A DNA stretch of 63,625 nucleotides, counting the filler, from Candidatus Rokuibacteriota bacterium (GTDB lineage: Bacteria; JAUVQV01; DATDCY01), in the NCBI GenBank assembly GCA_031406795.1. It is 4 parts of 4 records of this genome, joined end to end, with 100 filler letters (N's around TTAATTAATTAA, not from the genome) between each part and the next. Parts side by side here need not be neighbours in the genome. Positions count along the whole stretch, not along the records: positions 41,338 to 57,958 come from JANOHV010000037.1; positions 58,059 to 63,625 come from JANOHV010000129.1; 2 more parts are not named here. The stretch is one strand, 5' to 3'. The notes below the pieces were generated by a model. The model saw only the letters and a list, made by a program, of their open reading frames with translations, made no database searches and was not told where the DNA came from. The position numbers and the translations under genes are program-made. Below, piece by piece: positions 53,657 through 63,455 of this stretch (its first letter is position 1; every line of letters starts with the position of its first letter).

Positions 53657-56600
53657 ATGCGCCGCATCCGCCCCTGGGTCGTCGTAGTCGGGTGCCTGCT
53701 CGCGGGCCTGGCCGCGTTGGCGGCCGTCGCCTGGCACCAGGGCGGCTTCCTGCGCGCGAGCGCGGCGCACTACCTGCGCGAGCGGCTGGCCGTCGAATTC
53801 GGGGCGCAATTCCAGACGACCGACTTGCGCGGGACCTGGTTTCCGCCGGGCCTCTCCCTCGGGCGTGTCACCCTCGATTTGCCCGGCGAGGCGCTGGTGC
53901 TTACCGCCGAGGACGTCAAGATCTCGCTCAACCCCTACGCGGTGATCTTCGGACGGGAGCGCGTGGGGCGTCTGGTGATCGTGCGCCCGCGGGTTTTTGC
54001 GCGTCCCGGCACCGAGCGCGTCGCCGGCAGTCGCCCGCCGTCGCCTGCCGCATCGCCGCCGGCGGCGACTGCGACCGCGCCACCGGCCGCCACGGTGATT
54101 CCTTTGCTGGTGGCCGCGCGCCTGCGCTCCTACCTGCGGCCGCCGTTCCCGCTGCGGATTCTGGAGGTCGTCGACGGGCGGATCGAAGTGCCGGGCGGAG
54201 GCGGTTCGATCGTCGAAGCGAACGGCATCGATCTCTCGGTGTTCGTCTCCAGCGGCAGCGCGCGCGTGGTGCTGGCGGCCGGCACCGTCGCGATCACGCG
54301 CGACGGGCGGCGGCTCGAATTGGGCCGGCTGGATGCCGATCTGTCGGTCGAGGAGGGAAAGATCACGGTGCGCGAATTCGTCGCGGCAGGCGGGGCGGTC
54401 ACAGGGACCCTGCGGGGGACGGCGGACGTTGCGGGCGTCCTCGCGCTCAAGGGCGAACTGTCGGCGCGGCTCGAGAAACTTGCCGAGTTGACCGGCCGGC
54501 CGGCCGCGGCCGCCGGTGCCGCGCGTTTCGTCGGGGGAATCACCGGGACCTGGAGCGAGCCGGCGTTGAGCGGGTCGCTCACGGTTCAGGATCTGGTCGT
54601 CAGCGGACGCCGGTGGCCGCAGGCTCGCGGTCGGGTCGGCTGGGGCGGCGGTCGTCTTTCCTGGTCGGAGCTGCGCCTGCCGGTCGGGGAGGGCGAGGTG
54701 ATCTCCGCCGGCGCGGCTGAATTCTCCGCCGGCGCGGTGCGTTACCGTCTGGACGTCGAGGCGCGCGCCGTCGACCCGGCGCGCCTGCCGATCGCAGCGG
54801 GAAAACTCGCGGCGCAGGTGCACGGGCTGTCCGGAACGCTGCATTGGGAGGGCTCCGGAGCGGGGGCCGCGGCTTCAGGCAGCGGCCGTCTCGCCACGAA
54901 ATTCTCGGTCGCGTCCTGGCCCGGCGGGGAGGTCGCGCTCGAGGCCGCCGCAGCGCTTGAACACGGCGGGGTCTCGGTCAGCGCCTTCCGGGCCGCGTCA
55001 CGGACGCTCGAGGTCGCCGGTTCGGGGTCCTGGGGTCCGCAGACCGGTTTTGTCGGGCAGGTCGAGGGCACGGTCGGCGACCTGGCGCAGTTGCTTCCCG
55101 CGGGGAGGCTCGCGATCGGCGGCGGCGGCACGTTCAGCGGCGAGTTCGCGGCAGACGCGCTGGGTCCGCGTTTCGCCGGGGTTGTGCACCTCGTGAAAGG
55201 GCTCGTCGGCGCGCTGGAGGGGATCGAGGGCAGCGCCCGGATTGACGCCGGCGCCGGCAGCGTGCGGCTGACCGAGGGTGTCGTGGCCTGGCCGGGCGGG
55301 CACGGCACTGCCAGCGGCACGGTTGAGATCGGCTCCGGTCGGCTCGATTTCGCGGCGGGGATCCAGCAGCTCTCGGTCCGGGAGGCGGCGCGTCTGCTCG
55401 GCACCGACCCGCGACTCGTCGAGGGGTCCCTCGAGGCGCGTCTGCGGCTGCGCGGCACGATCAAGGACCCCGAGATCGAAGGCGAAGTGAAGGGGCGCGC
55501 GCTGCGCTACCGCACCGTCGCAATGGACGAGGGCGCGCTCTCGTTGACCTATGCGGCCCGGCTGCTCGGCATCGGTCGGCTCTGGCTGCGGCGCGGCTCG
55601 ACCGAACTGACGTTCCGCGGCTCGCTCGGCGAAGGGCAGGCGATCGAAGGGGAGTTCGAGAGTGCAGCTTTCGACGTCACCGACTTCGCGCCCCTCGCCG
55701 GCTTGCAGCTCACCGGTTCGATGCGCGGCAAAGTGCGCGGCCGGCTGGGCGACCCGCGGGTCGAGGGCGCCGTGCGCGCCGCGCAGCTGCGCTACGCGGG
55801 CTTCGACTTCAAGGGCGGGGAGCTTACGGTCGATTACCGGGGCGGGAAGCTCGCCGTCGCGGGCTGGGTCGCCGACCGGGAGAACCGGCTGCGCGCGGTC
55901 GTGGAGCCGGCCCGGGACTGGCGTTTCGATGCAGAGCTCGAACTGCGGCAGTTCGCCCCGGAATTGGTTCGCTCGGGCCTCGGCGCGCTCCCGCCTGCGG
56001 TGGCCCGGGCCTTGGGAAAAGCCTCGTTTCTGGCCACCGGCGGGCTCAAGGTCAGTGGGCGGTTGCTCGATCCCGCCACGGTGCGGGCCGACTTGCGGCT
56101 GGACACGCTGTGGCTCCAGGCCGCCGGAACATCGCTGCAGAACATCTCACCCGTGTCGATTTCCTGGCGCGACGCGGGGCTGGTGGTGGAGGATTTCCGG
56201 CTGGCGGGCGAGCAGTACCACGTGTCGGTGCGCGGGGGCGGGAGCGTCAAGGGGGGGTGGAACCTGCAGGCCGACGGTGCGGTGAATCTCTCCCTCTTCA
56301 AGGAGTACTGGCGCGAGATCGAGGACGCCGATGGTCGCGGCGAGCTGGCGCTGACCCTCGGCGGCCCCTGGCTGGCGCCGTTGCCCGAGGGGAGCCTGAC
56401 CGTCCACGAGGCCTTCATCAGGGCTCGCTCGCTTCCCGAGCCGCTCGAGAACCTCGCGGGCCGGCTGGAACTGCGCGGCAGCACGTTGACCGCCACCGGC
56501 CTCTCGGGAACCATGAGCGGCGGGGCGTTCCGCGGCGGCGGCACCTACCGGTTCGCGGAGGATCGCCTCGAAGCCGACATCGAGGGGCGGCTCGACCTGT

Positions 56601-57835
56601 CCCTGTTCCGCAGCCGGATTCCGGCGGCGCGCGAGTTACGCGGCCCGGTCGAGGTGCGGTTGCGCCTGGCCGGGACGCTCGCGGCCCCCGCGTTCTCCGG
56701 CATCGTTGACGTTGTCGACGCGGAAATGTTCCTGCGGCCGTTCCCCGCCAAGATCACGCATCTGCGGGGCACCGTGCTGCTGGAAGACGAGCGCCTGGAG
56801 GTTCGCGAACTCGCCGGTCAGACGGGGGGGGGGACCGTGCGCCTGAGCGGGACGATGGACTGGGCACGCTCGCCGGTCCGGGTGGACGCCGTGCTCGAAG
56901 GCAAAGGGATCCTGGTGTCGCTCGCCGGCGCCCTCAAGGCCCAGAGCGACCTGCACCTCAGCCTGCAAGGGGATTTTCTGGACCTGAAGCTCGCGGGGGA
57001 GGTGCGCATCCTCAAGGCCCGCTATCTGCGCGAATTCGACGAGAAGCTGCCCCCGCTCCAACTGGGTTCCGGCCCGTCGTCCGCCGCCACCGGCAGAGGC
57101 CCCGATCTGCGTCGGATGGCGCTCGACGTGAAGGTCGTCGCCGCCGACAACGTCTGGATCGCCAACCGCATGGCGAAGATCGAAACCGCGGTCGCCCTGA
57201 CCATCGGCGGCCGCCTCGGCGCGCCGGTCATCAGCGGGGAGATCTCCGGGATCCAGGGGGAGGCGGTCTATCTCTCGCGGCAGTTTCGGCTCGAGAGCGG
57301 TTCATTGCGCTTCGTGCCGCCGGCGACCATTCCGCTGATCGACGTGCAGGCCTCGACTTCCGTCGGCGAAACCCAGATCTTCTTTTTGATGGATGGTCCC
57401 CTCAACAAGCTCTCTTACCACCTGACCTCCCTGCCGGCCATGACCCAGCAGGATCTCATCGCGTTGCTGACCATCGGGGAGACGCGCAGCAGCCTCGCGC
57501 GCCGGGGCGAACGCGCGTCGACCGCGGGAGCGGCCGTCTTCTCCTCCGAGCCGCTGGTGAACGCGCTCGGGGACGAGGTCCGCAGCGCCATCGGTCTGGA
57601 CACGCTCCAGCTCGAGCCGGTCGTCGGGGTCAACAACCAGGTTTCGGCGCGGGTCACCCTCGGGACGCGCGTGTCCGACCGGCTCTTCGTGAGCTACTCG
57701 CGGAATCTCGGCGCCACGGAGGACCAGCAGGTCACGGTGCAGTACTCCCTGCTCGACTACCTTTCGGTCTGGGGCCGGGAGCTGCGGCAGGGCATCTACA
57801 GCCTCGATCTGGTGTTTCGGTACGCCTTAAAATGA
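53657..57835 (+). CDS. tamB: TamB / AsmA-like translocation-assembly protein
   Basis: N-terminal membrane anchor, long Gly-rich beta-strand region, DUF490-like C-terminus (LTSLPAMTQQDLIALL, LGTRVSDRLFVSYS). Confidence 0.8.
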   Translation: MRRIRPWVVVVGCLLAGLAALAAVAWHQGGFLRASAAHYLRERLAVEFGAQFQTTDLRGTWFPPGLSLGRVTLDLPGEALVLTAEDVKISLNPYAVIFGRERVGRLVIVRPRVFARPGTERVAGSRPPSPAASPPAATATAPPAATVIPLLVAARLRSYLRPPFPLRILEVVDGRIEVPGGGGSIVEANGIDLSVFVSSGSARVVLAAGTVAITRDGRRLELGRLDADLSVEEGKITVREFVAAGGAVTGTLRGTADVAGVLALKGELSARLEKLAELTGRPAAAAGAARFVGGITGTWSEPALSGSLTVQDLVVSGRRWPQARGRVGWGGGRLSWSELRLPVGEGEVISAGAAEFSAGAVRYRLDVEARAVDPARLPIAAGKLAAQVHGLSGTLHWEGSGAGAAASGSGRLATKFSVASWPGGEVALEAAAALEHGGVSVSAFRAASRTLEVAGSGSWGPQTGFVGQVEGTVGDLAQLLPAGRLAIGGGGTFSGEFAADALGPRFAGVVHLVKGLVGALEGIEGSARIDAGAGSVRLTEGVVAWPGGHGTASGTVEIGSGRLDFAAGIQQLSVREAARLLGTDPRLVEGSLEARLRLRGTIKDPEIEGEVKGRALRYRTVAMDEGALSLTYAARLLGIGRLWLRRGSTELTFRGSLGEGQAIEGEFESAAFDVTDFAPLAGLQLTGSMRGKVRGRLGDPRVEGAVRAAQLRYAGFDFKGGELTVDYRGGKLAVAGWVADRENRLRAVVEPARDWRFDAELELRQFAPELVRSGLGALPPAVARALGKASFLATGGLKVSGRLLDPATVRADLRLDTLWLQAAGTSLQNISPVSISWRDAGLVVEDFRLAGEQYHVSVRGGGSVKGGWNLQADGAVNLSLFKEYWREIEDADGRGELALTLGGPWLAPLPEGSLTVHEAFIRARSLPEPLENLAGRLELRGSTLTATGLSGTMSGGAFRGGGTYRFAEDRLEADIEGRLDLSLFRSRIPAARELRGPVEVRLRLAGTLAAPAFSGIVDVVDAEMFLRPFPAKITHLRGTVLLEDERLEVRELAGQTGGGTVRLSGTMDWARSPVRVDAVLEGKGILVSLAGALKAQSDLHLSLQGDFLDLKLAGEVRILKARYLREFDEKLPPLQLGSGPSSAATGRGPDLRRMALDVKVVAADNVWIANRMAKIETAVALTIGGRLGAPVISGEISGIQGEAVYLSRQFRLESGSLRFVPPATIPLIDVQASTSVGETQIFFLMDGPLNKLSYHLTSLPAMTQQDLIALLTIGETRSSLARRGERASTAGAAVFSSEPLVNALGDEVRSAIGLDTLQLEPVVGVNNQVSARVTLGTRVSDRLFVSYSRNLGATEDQQVTVQYSLLDYLSVWGRELRQGIYSLDLVFRYALK

Positions 57836-57890
57836 GCAGGCAGCTGAAAAGGACCCATCTGCGGCGGGCGGGGGTGAACTCCGCCCCTAC
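57836..57890. repeat. MITE-like 5' end fused to an inverted REP
   Basis: GCAGGCAGCTGAAAAGGACCCATCTGCGGCG then GGGCGGGGGTGAACTCCGCCCCTAC. Confidence 0.65.
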
Positions 57891-57958
57891 GACGAAACCG
57901 TGCGAGCGTACGGTGGGCAAGCAACCAGCCGCACCGAAGCCCAGCGGGAAGAAAGTCC

Positions 57959-58058
57959 NNNNNNNNNNNNNNNNNNNNNNNNNNNNNNNNNNNNNNNNNN
58001 NNTTAATTAATTAANNNNNNNNNNNNNNNNNNNNNNNNNNNNNNNNNNNNNNNNNNNN
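57959..58058. other. Assembly gap / contig linker
   Basis: N run with central TTAATTAATTAA. Confidence 0.98.
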
Positions 58059-58316
58059 GCGCCCGCGTTCCATGGTCAACAGGGCCGCCTCGATCGAGCG
58101 CACCGAGGAGGAGATCCGCAGCAGTTCGAGGTGCTCCAGTTGTTCTTCGATGGAAACGACCGCCAGGTCGGCTTCGTCGCCGACGAGCGGTTCCGGGACG
58201 TGCCCCAGAAAGCCCCGGCACCGTGCAAGAACTGCCGCTTTGCGCAGCTTGCTGACCTGTTCTTCCTCCAGACGCGACCTGACCTTTGTGAGGGACTTCC
58301 CCGCAACCAGCTGCAC
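58059..58316 (-). CDS. Hypothetical protein (3' end in gap)
   Basis: GAGGAGG RBS before GTG; helical ORF. Confidence 0.6.
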
Positions 58317-58461
58317 GATGCACCTCCTCGGTTGTGATTTGTCCCGGAAGATGCCAGCCGGAGATGAGAACGCGGTGAAGCGCGTGCGAAATGACGGTGT
58401 GCCGGGACACCGCTGCTGACGGCGGAGCCAGGGCGGATCGAGGGCGGCCAGGCGCAGCCGG

Positions 58462-58725
58462 CTAGGAGGCGCGGTCCCCGGAACGCTCGCCCGGGACCGG
58501 CCGATCCGAAGCCAACAGGTTCTGGAGCAGTTCGTTCACCCGCCGGCTCACGAAGATCGGCAGGTACGTCGTGATGAGCGCATCGTGCATGAAGCTGGCG
58601 AGTTCGCGCTCGTAAACCTCGGCGACCCTGTCGGCAGGAAGATGGTACTGCTCCGAGAGCGAGGCGATGGCCGAGACGTGTTTCGCGTGCTCCTCGGCTT
58701 CTGGAGAGACGTTCCGGGGCTCCAT
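58462..58725 (-). CDS. DUF3562-like small three-helix protein
   Basis: AIASLSEQYHLPADRVAEVYERELA...A.ITTYLPIFVSRRV. Confidence 0.65.
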   Translation of the reverse strand: MEPRNVSPEAEEHAKHVSAIASLSEQYHLPADRVAEVYERELASFMHDALITTYLPIFVSRRVNELLQNLLASDRPVPGERSGDRAS

Positions 58726-59127
58726 CTGTACACCCCTTTTCCTTGGTTTTGACGGATTATAATCGAGATTGTGAAAAATTGCACCTAGTCGACAAATGCG
58801 CTCAAGAATACGCCTCTTTTCAGCCACGGCATGCTCATCCCGGGCACTCGCACACCTTTCCCGTTGTCCTTGCGCGCCATGACACCACCATTGAATGAGA
58901 TTGGCGCTGAGGCCGTGTGAGGAGAACGTTAAGAGCGATCGAGCCGCTCGCGGGAACCCGCGCACGCTGCGGAAAGCGCCCGCGCTGCGGTCGCTGCGAC
59001 TTTATTCACCCAATAGGCCTCCCGCAGACAAGTGTCGACGAGTTGTTCCATTCCATCCCTGCGGCGACGGCCTTCGGCACGCAACCGTCCCTCGGCTTCA
59101 ACCAGTAAGGCGAAGGCGCCTGCCGAT

Positions 59128-59604
59128 TCACGGCCGCGACGAGGAGGTCGCCGGTCCGGGGGCGATCCGCCGCAGCAGGTTGCGAATCAGGATGTAGCCG
59201 GTGACCCCTGCGACCAGGCCGAGGCTTGCGCTCCCCAGTATCAAGGGGAGCGCCAGACCGGCCACCTCCCCGACCAGGGAGGCTGCAGTGACAGAGGTCC
59301 ATTCCACGTTTGGGATCGACCGCGGCCGGTTGAGGAGCACCAGCCCGAGCCAGACGCTCAAGGAACAGAAGGGCACGAGCGTCCAGGGATTATTGACGAA
59401 GACGCCCATGAGCATGGCCTTGCGATTCAGGTGGAAGTACTGCGCCACGACGAGTGCGGAAACGACGTGGAGCCCCAGGAGTGCCGACATCCCGATGAAC
59501 GCGCCAAAGCCGAAGGAGAGCGCCAACCGCTCGGGCGCGTCGTCGTGTCTGAGAAGACGGGCAAGCGAACGTGACAACCGGGCGACGCCCGATCTTACGG
59601 CCAT
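59128..59604 (-). CDS. DUF2062-family membrane protein
   Basis: DAPERLALSFGFGAFIG, LNRKA...VFVNNPWT, LILGS. Confidence 0.82.
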   Translation of the reverse strand: MAVRSGVARLSRSLARLLRHDDAPERLALSFGFGAFIGMSALLGLHVVSALVVAQYFHLNRKAMLMGVFVNNPWTLVPFCSLSVWLGLVLLNRPRSIPNVEWTSVTAASLVGEVAGLALPLILGSASLGLVAGVTGYILIRNLLRRIAPGPATSSSRP

Positions 59605-59850
59605 TCTTTCCTGCCCGAATTCATCGCTCCCCCCCCGTAACCGCCACCGGAAAGAGCGGGCGGCCGACCTGTTGTTCCTGCAGGGGCCCACGGTTCTTCG
59701 TGAGATGGCTCCTGCGCTTCCTCAGGCTGCAGCTTGTCCCGGAAGATGCCAGCCAGGAATGAGGAAGACGTGAGGGACGCACGAATTGCCGGTGTGCGGA
59801 ACCTCGGCTCGCGGCGACAGAAAGCGTGGTGCAGAAGGGACAGCCGCGTC

Positions 59851-59905
59851 CTGACCGAAACCTAACCGCGCGCCGACCGCATCGTAACAGCGGTGATTGT
59901 ACACT
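59851..59905 (+). promoter_or_regulatory. OmpR/PhoB-type direct-repeat boxes and -10 element upstream of corA
   Basis: CTGAC/CTAAC/CCGAC/GTAAC at 11-bp period, TACACT 11 nt downstream. Confidence 0.6.
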
Positions 59906-60086
59906 CGTGCAAGATGAACGGCGCCCTGGTCACCATCTCAGCCCTCGCGACCCGGGCATCTTTCGCGGCGAAAGTTCGGCATCCGGGTGCCGGTGACTGC
60001 GCTCCTCCTGAAGACGAGCATTGTCGTCGCGGGATCGCGTTGAGCCCTCCAGCGACGTGCGATCAGAGCCCGGGGGATCGGCGGCC

Positions 60087-61034
60087 ATGAAGACTGCGTA
60101 CCGGCTCGACGGCTCCGCGGTTGGTCCTGCGACAGCCGAGAACGCTCCAATCATCGTCTACGCGGCGCCGGACGATGCCGAGAAGCAGGAGCTGATCGCC
60201 ACCTTGCAGCTCGACCCACACGACATGGAGTCCGCGCTCGATCCGGACGAGATCTCCCGAGTCGAATTCACCCCCGATCGCGTCTCCTTGATCTGGAAAA
60301 GCCCCAAAAGCGCCCTGTACGATCAGCGCTTGCGGCTCGACGTCTCATCCGTCGGCCTCTTCCTGCTCAAGGACGAACTCCTCGTGATCACCAACGATGA
60401 TGCACCTTCCTTCTCGGACAGGGAGTACCAGGGCGCGGAATCATCGACGGACGTCCTGCTGCGTTTCCTGCTGCAAACCGTTCGTCATTACCTCGGTCAC
60501 CTGAAGGTGATCAAGCAGCTGACGGTCGAACTCGAGTCCAAGATCAGCGCTTCGATGGAGAACCGGTATCTGCTCCAGATGTTCGCGCTCGGGGAGAGCC
60601 TGATCTACTACCTCAACGCCATCGAGGCGAACGGCGCCGTCCTGACGAAGCTGCGGACTGGGGTGCGTCTTGGGCTCTCGAAGCAGCAGGCCGAGTTTCT
60701 CGACGACCTGATGCTCGACAACGCCCAGTGCGCGAGGCAGGCGCAGATCTACAGCACGGTCCTGTCCGGACTCATGGACGTCCGCGGCACGATCATCAAC
60801 AACAACATCAGCATCCTCCTGAAGAATCTCACCCTGATCAACATCATCTTCCTGCCGCTCAACCTGATCGCAGGCATCGGCGGCATGTCGGAGTACAGCA
60901 TGATGACGCGAAACACCGACTGGCGGGTCTCATTCGCCCTGTTCGTCGTGGGGATGTGCGTCCTCGGGTGGGCCACGCTGGTGATCCTCAACAGGTACAT
61001 CGAGAAGGGTGCGAGCCTGCGGAAAAGGCATTGA
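60087..61034 (+). CDS. corA: CorA-family divalent cation transporter
   Basis: SALDPDEISRVE, two C-terminal TMs, IFLPLNLIAGIGGMSE. Confidence 0.88.
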   Translation: MKTAYRLDGSAVGPATAENAPIIVYAAPDDAEKQELIATLQLDPHDMESALDPDEISRVEFTPDRVSLIWKSPKSALYDQRLRLDVSSVGLFLLKDELLVITNDDAPSFSDREYQGAESSTDVLLRFLLQTVRHYLGHLKVIKQLTVELESKISASMENRYLLQMFALGESLIYYLNAIEANGAVLTKLRTGVRLGLSKQQAEFLDDLMLDNAQCARQAQIYSTVLSGLMDVRGTIINNNISILLKNLTLINIIFLPLNLIAGIGGMSEYSMMTRNTDWRVSFALFVVGMCVLGWATLVILNRYIEKGASLRKRH

Positions 61035-61089
61035 CCCGGCGGCAGCACGACGGCGGGTCCCCGAGAGAACCGCCTGGGACCCGGATGGC

Positions 61090-61144
61090 CTGACGGAAAC
61101 CTAACCGCACTCTGTCCGCGACCTAACGGTTGTCGGCCTATCCT
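61090..61144 (+). promoter_or_regulatory. OmpR/PhoB-type direct-repeat boxes and -10 element
   Basis: CTGAC/CTAAC/CTGTC/CTAAC at 11-bp period, TATCCT 11 nt downstream. Confidence 0.6.
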
Positions 61145-61206
61145 CAAGGGGGGAGAGCAGATCGCGCTCCCACAAGACGCAACACCGGTAATCGGGAGGT
61201 GCACTC

Positions 61207-61689
61207 ATGGCGGCCACAAAGCGCAGCGGGAAGACCGGAACAACCGTTTCCTCGAGGAAGAAGGGCGCAGCGTCTCGGAAGGTTGGCGCGTCCGAAGCAA
61301 TGCAGGCCATGGAACCGTCAGCAGAAGCAGTTGCAGAGAAGAGCGTTGCGCCGCGCAAGCCGCCGGCAAGCCCGACGGGCGGGGCGCGCCTCGCCAAGCG
61401 CTATCTCAAGACCAGCCCCGTCTGCCGGGTGAGCTTCAGGCTTCCGGCGGAAGTCGCCCCCGGGGAGTGCTCCGTGCACATCACGGGCGACTTCAACGAC
61501 TGGGAAATCGACGCCACACCGATGATCCGGCTCAAGAACGGCGATTACGAGGTCACCGTGGACCTCGAAACGGGTCGGGAATACCGGTTCCGCTACCTGA
61601 TCGACGGGTACCGCTGGGAAAACGATTGGGCGGCGGACCGCTACGACCCCAACCCCCACGGCGAGTTCGACTCCGTGGTCGTCGTCTGA
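61207..61689 (+). CDS. Glycogen-binding CBM48 / isoamylase early-set domain protein with Lys/Ala-rich N-terminus
   Basis: VSFRLP, ITGDFNDW, YRFRYLIDG..WENDW.AD.Y. Confidence 0.85.
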   Translation: MAATKRSGKTGTTVSSRKKGAASRKVGASEAMQAMEPSAEAVAEKSVAPRKPPASPTGGARLAKRYLKTSPVCRVSFRLPAEVAPGECSVHITGDFNDWEIDATPMIRLKNGDYEVTVDLETGREYRFRYLIDGYRWENDWAADRYDPNPHGEFDSVVVV

Positions 61690-61891
61690 GCCACTTGCCG
61701 TCAGCCGCGGCGTCCGCTTCGGTCCGGCGACATGACGATGGGCGGGACCAGCGCGCACATGACGACGTATCTCAACACGTGCCTCTTCCCTTTCGGGCGG
61801 CGGCTCGTGCAGTGCTGCTGTCGGGCGATGAGCGCCGCATGATCCGCTCCGGCACGGCGAAGATCTTCTGGGAAGTCGTGGTTCGGAAGCG

Positions 61892-62581
61892 GTGAACCCG
61901 ATGCCGGGGATTGAGCTGGTCGTGTTCGACATGGCCGGGACCACGGTGGATGAAGGCAACGTCGTGTACCAGACGCTCCACGGGGCCATAGTCGCGGCCG
62001 GGTTCGCGTGTCCGCTGGACCGGGTGCTGGCGCACGGTGTCGGGAAGGAGAAGCGGCAATCGATCCGCGATGTTCTGGCCGCGGATGGCCGGGCGGTCAG
62101 TCCCCGACAGCTCGAAGAGATCCACCGGAAGTTCCTGGGCATGTTGACGGAAGCGTACGCCAGCCTGGATATCAAACCACAGCCCAACGCGACTGCCGTC
62201 TTCGAGGCGCTCAAAGAGCGCGGCATCGCAGTTGCCCTCAACACCGGATACGATCAGACGACCGCGGCATCGCTGCTCGGGAGGCTCGGCTGGTCCGTGG
62301 GCCGCGAGATAGACGCGCTCGTGACGGCGTCGCAGGTCCGGAACTGCCGGCCGCTGCCCGACATGATACGCCTTGCTCAGGCGCGGCTGGAGATCTCCGA
62401 TCCCCGGGCGGTGGCCAAGGTCGGCGACACGACCTTCGACATCGACGAGGGCAGAAACGCCGGGTGCGGTCTCTGCATCGCCGTCACCACCGGCGCGCAC
62501 ACCCGGGCACAACTGGCCCGGGCGAAGCCGGATGCAATTATCGACGGCCTGGAGGAACTTCTGGAACTGGTCAGGCCATAG
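61892..62581 (+). CDS. Phosphonatase-like HAD hydrolase
   Basis: VVFDMAGTTVD, ALNTG, RPLPDMI, KVGDTTFDIDEG.NAG. Confidence 0.85.
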   Translation: MNPMPGIELVVFDMAGTTVDEGNVVYQTLHGAIVAAGFACPLDRVLAHGVGKEKRQSIRDVLAADGRAVSPRQLEEIHRKFLGMLTEAYASLDIKPQPNATAVFEALKERGIAVALNTGYDQTTAASLLGRLGWSVGREIDALVTASQVRNCRPLPDMIRLAQARLEISDPRAVAKVGDTTFDIDEGRNAGCGLCIAVTTGAHTRAQLARAKPDAIIDGLEELLELVRP

Positions 62582-62658
62582 TGAACTGCACGGAGGCCCG
62601 GCGCGCGTGGGCAAACCGGGCGCGCGCAGGCCGGATCGCGCCGATGGAAGAAGGCTGG

Positions 62659-63285
62659 ATGGAGAATCACAGCGCACTGCCGGACAGCATCATCTCCGGG
62701 GGAGGGCTTCTCTCGAAGGCCTTCACCGACCTTGGACTCTCAAGTTTCCAGCAGGCCTGCCGCTGGGTCCACGAACTGCCTTACGGCCACAACAGCGACC
62801 GCGACGACCCGCTGATCCTCTTTTCGGAGCGCAGAGGCACCTGCACGACAAAGCACGCCGCGATCGCGACGCTGGCGCGGGAATTGGGGCTCCCCGTCGA
62901 GAAGCACCTCGGCGTCTACGCGATGACCGAGGAGATCGTGGCCGGGACGGACGCGATCCTTGCGCGCTTCGGTCTGCCTTACGTACCGATGCTGCATTGC
63001 TTTCTGGTTTCGGGGGCTCACCGGGTGGACCTGACCGAAGGCAACCGGAACGGGAAGCGCTCTTCAATCGATGATTTCCTGCACGCCGAGCGGGTCCGGC
63101 CCGCCATCTCGGCCCGGGAGGAATACCTGCTCTACCGCACCGTGCTGAGCAAGCTGATCGGCAGCCGCGAGGAACTCCGATGCAGCGACCTGCACACCCT
63201 GCTCCATGCTCGCGAGGAGGGATTGAAGCTCCTCAAGGCGAACCTGGCGCCGGTCGTCCCGACGGCCCGCAGCATCTCGGGGTGA
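62659..63285 (+). CDS. Hypothetical protein, possibly transglutaminase-like
   Basis: LPYG.N, GTCTTKH, HCFL, VDLT give a candidate Cys-His-Asp set. Confidence 0.65.
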   Translation: MENHSALPDSIISGGGLLSKAFTDLGLSSFQQACRWVHELPYGHNSDRDDPLILFSERRGTCTTKHAAIATLARELGLPVEKHLGVYAMTEEIVAGTDAILARFGLPYVPMLHCFLVSGAHRVDLTEGNRNGKRSSIDDFLHAERVRPAISAREEYLLYRTVLSKLIGSREELRCSDLHTLLHAREEGLKLLKANLAPVVPTARSISG

Positions 63286-63455
63286 GCTCCCCGGGGTGGC
63301 CTGAATCGTCCTGCCACCCCTTCATCACCCTTCTGGAGCAACTGTCGGGCCTGCTCGATTCGCAGAAGGTGCCCACCGGGCCGCAAGGACCATGGCAAAC
63401 GCAATCCTCACCGCGGCCAAGCGGTGGGCTTGCGCGGGGGGAGGAAGCTGGCGCC

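Noticed and set aside
59700-60080. Possible M-box (ykoK) or cobalamin riboswitch near corA
   Set aside because: No matching conserved core; the repeats are better explained as protein-binding direct repeats
61690-61895. Possible gene remnant ending at the HAD start
   Set aside because: No recognisable motif or start; cannot be supported
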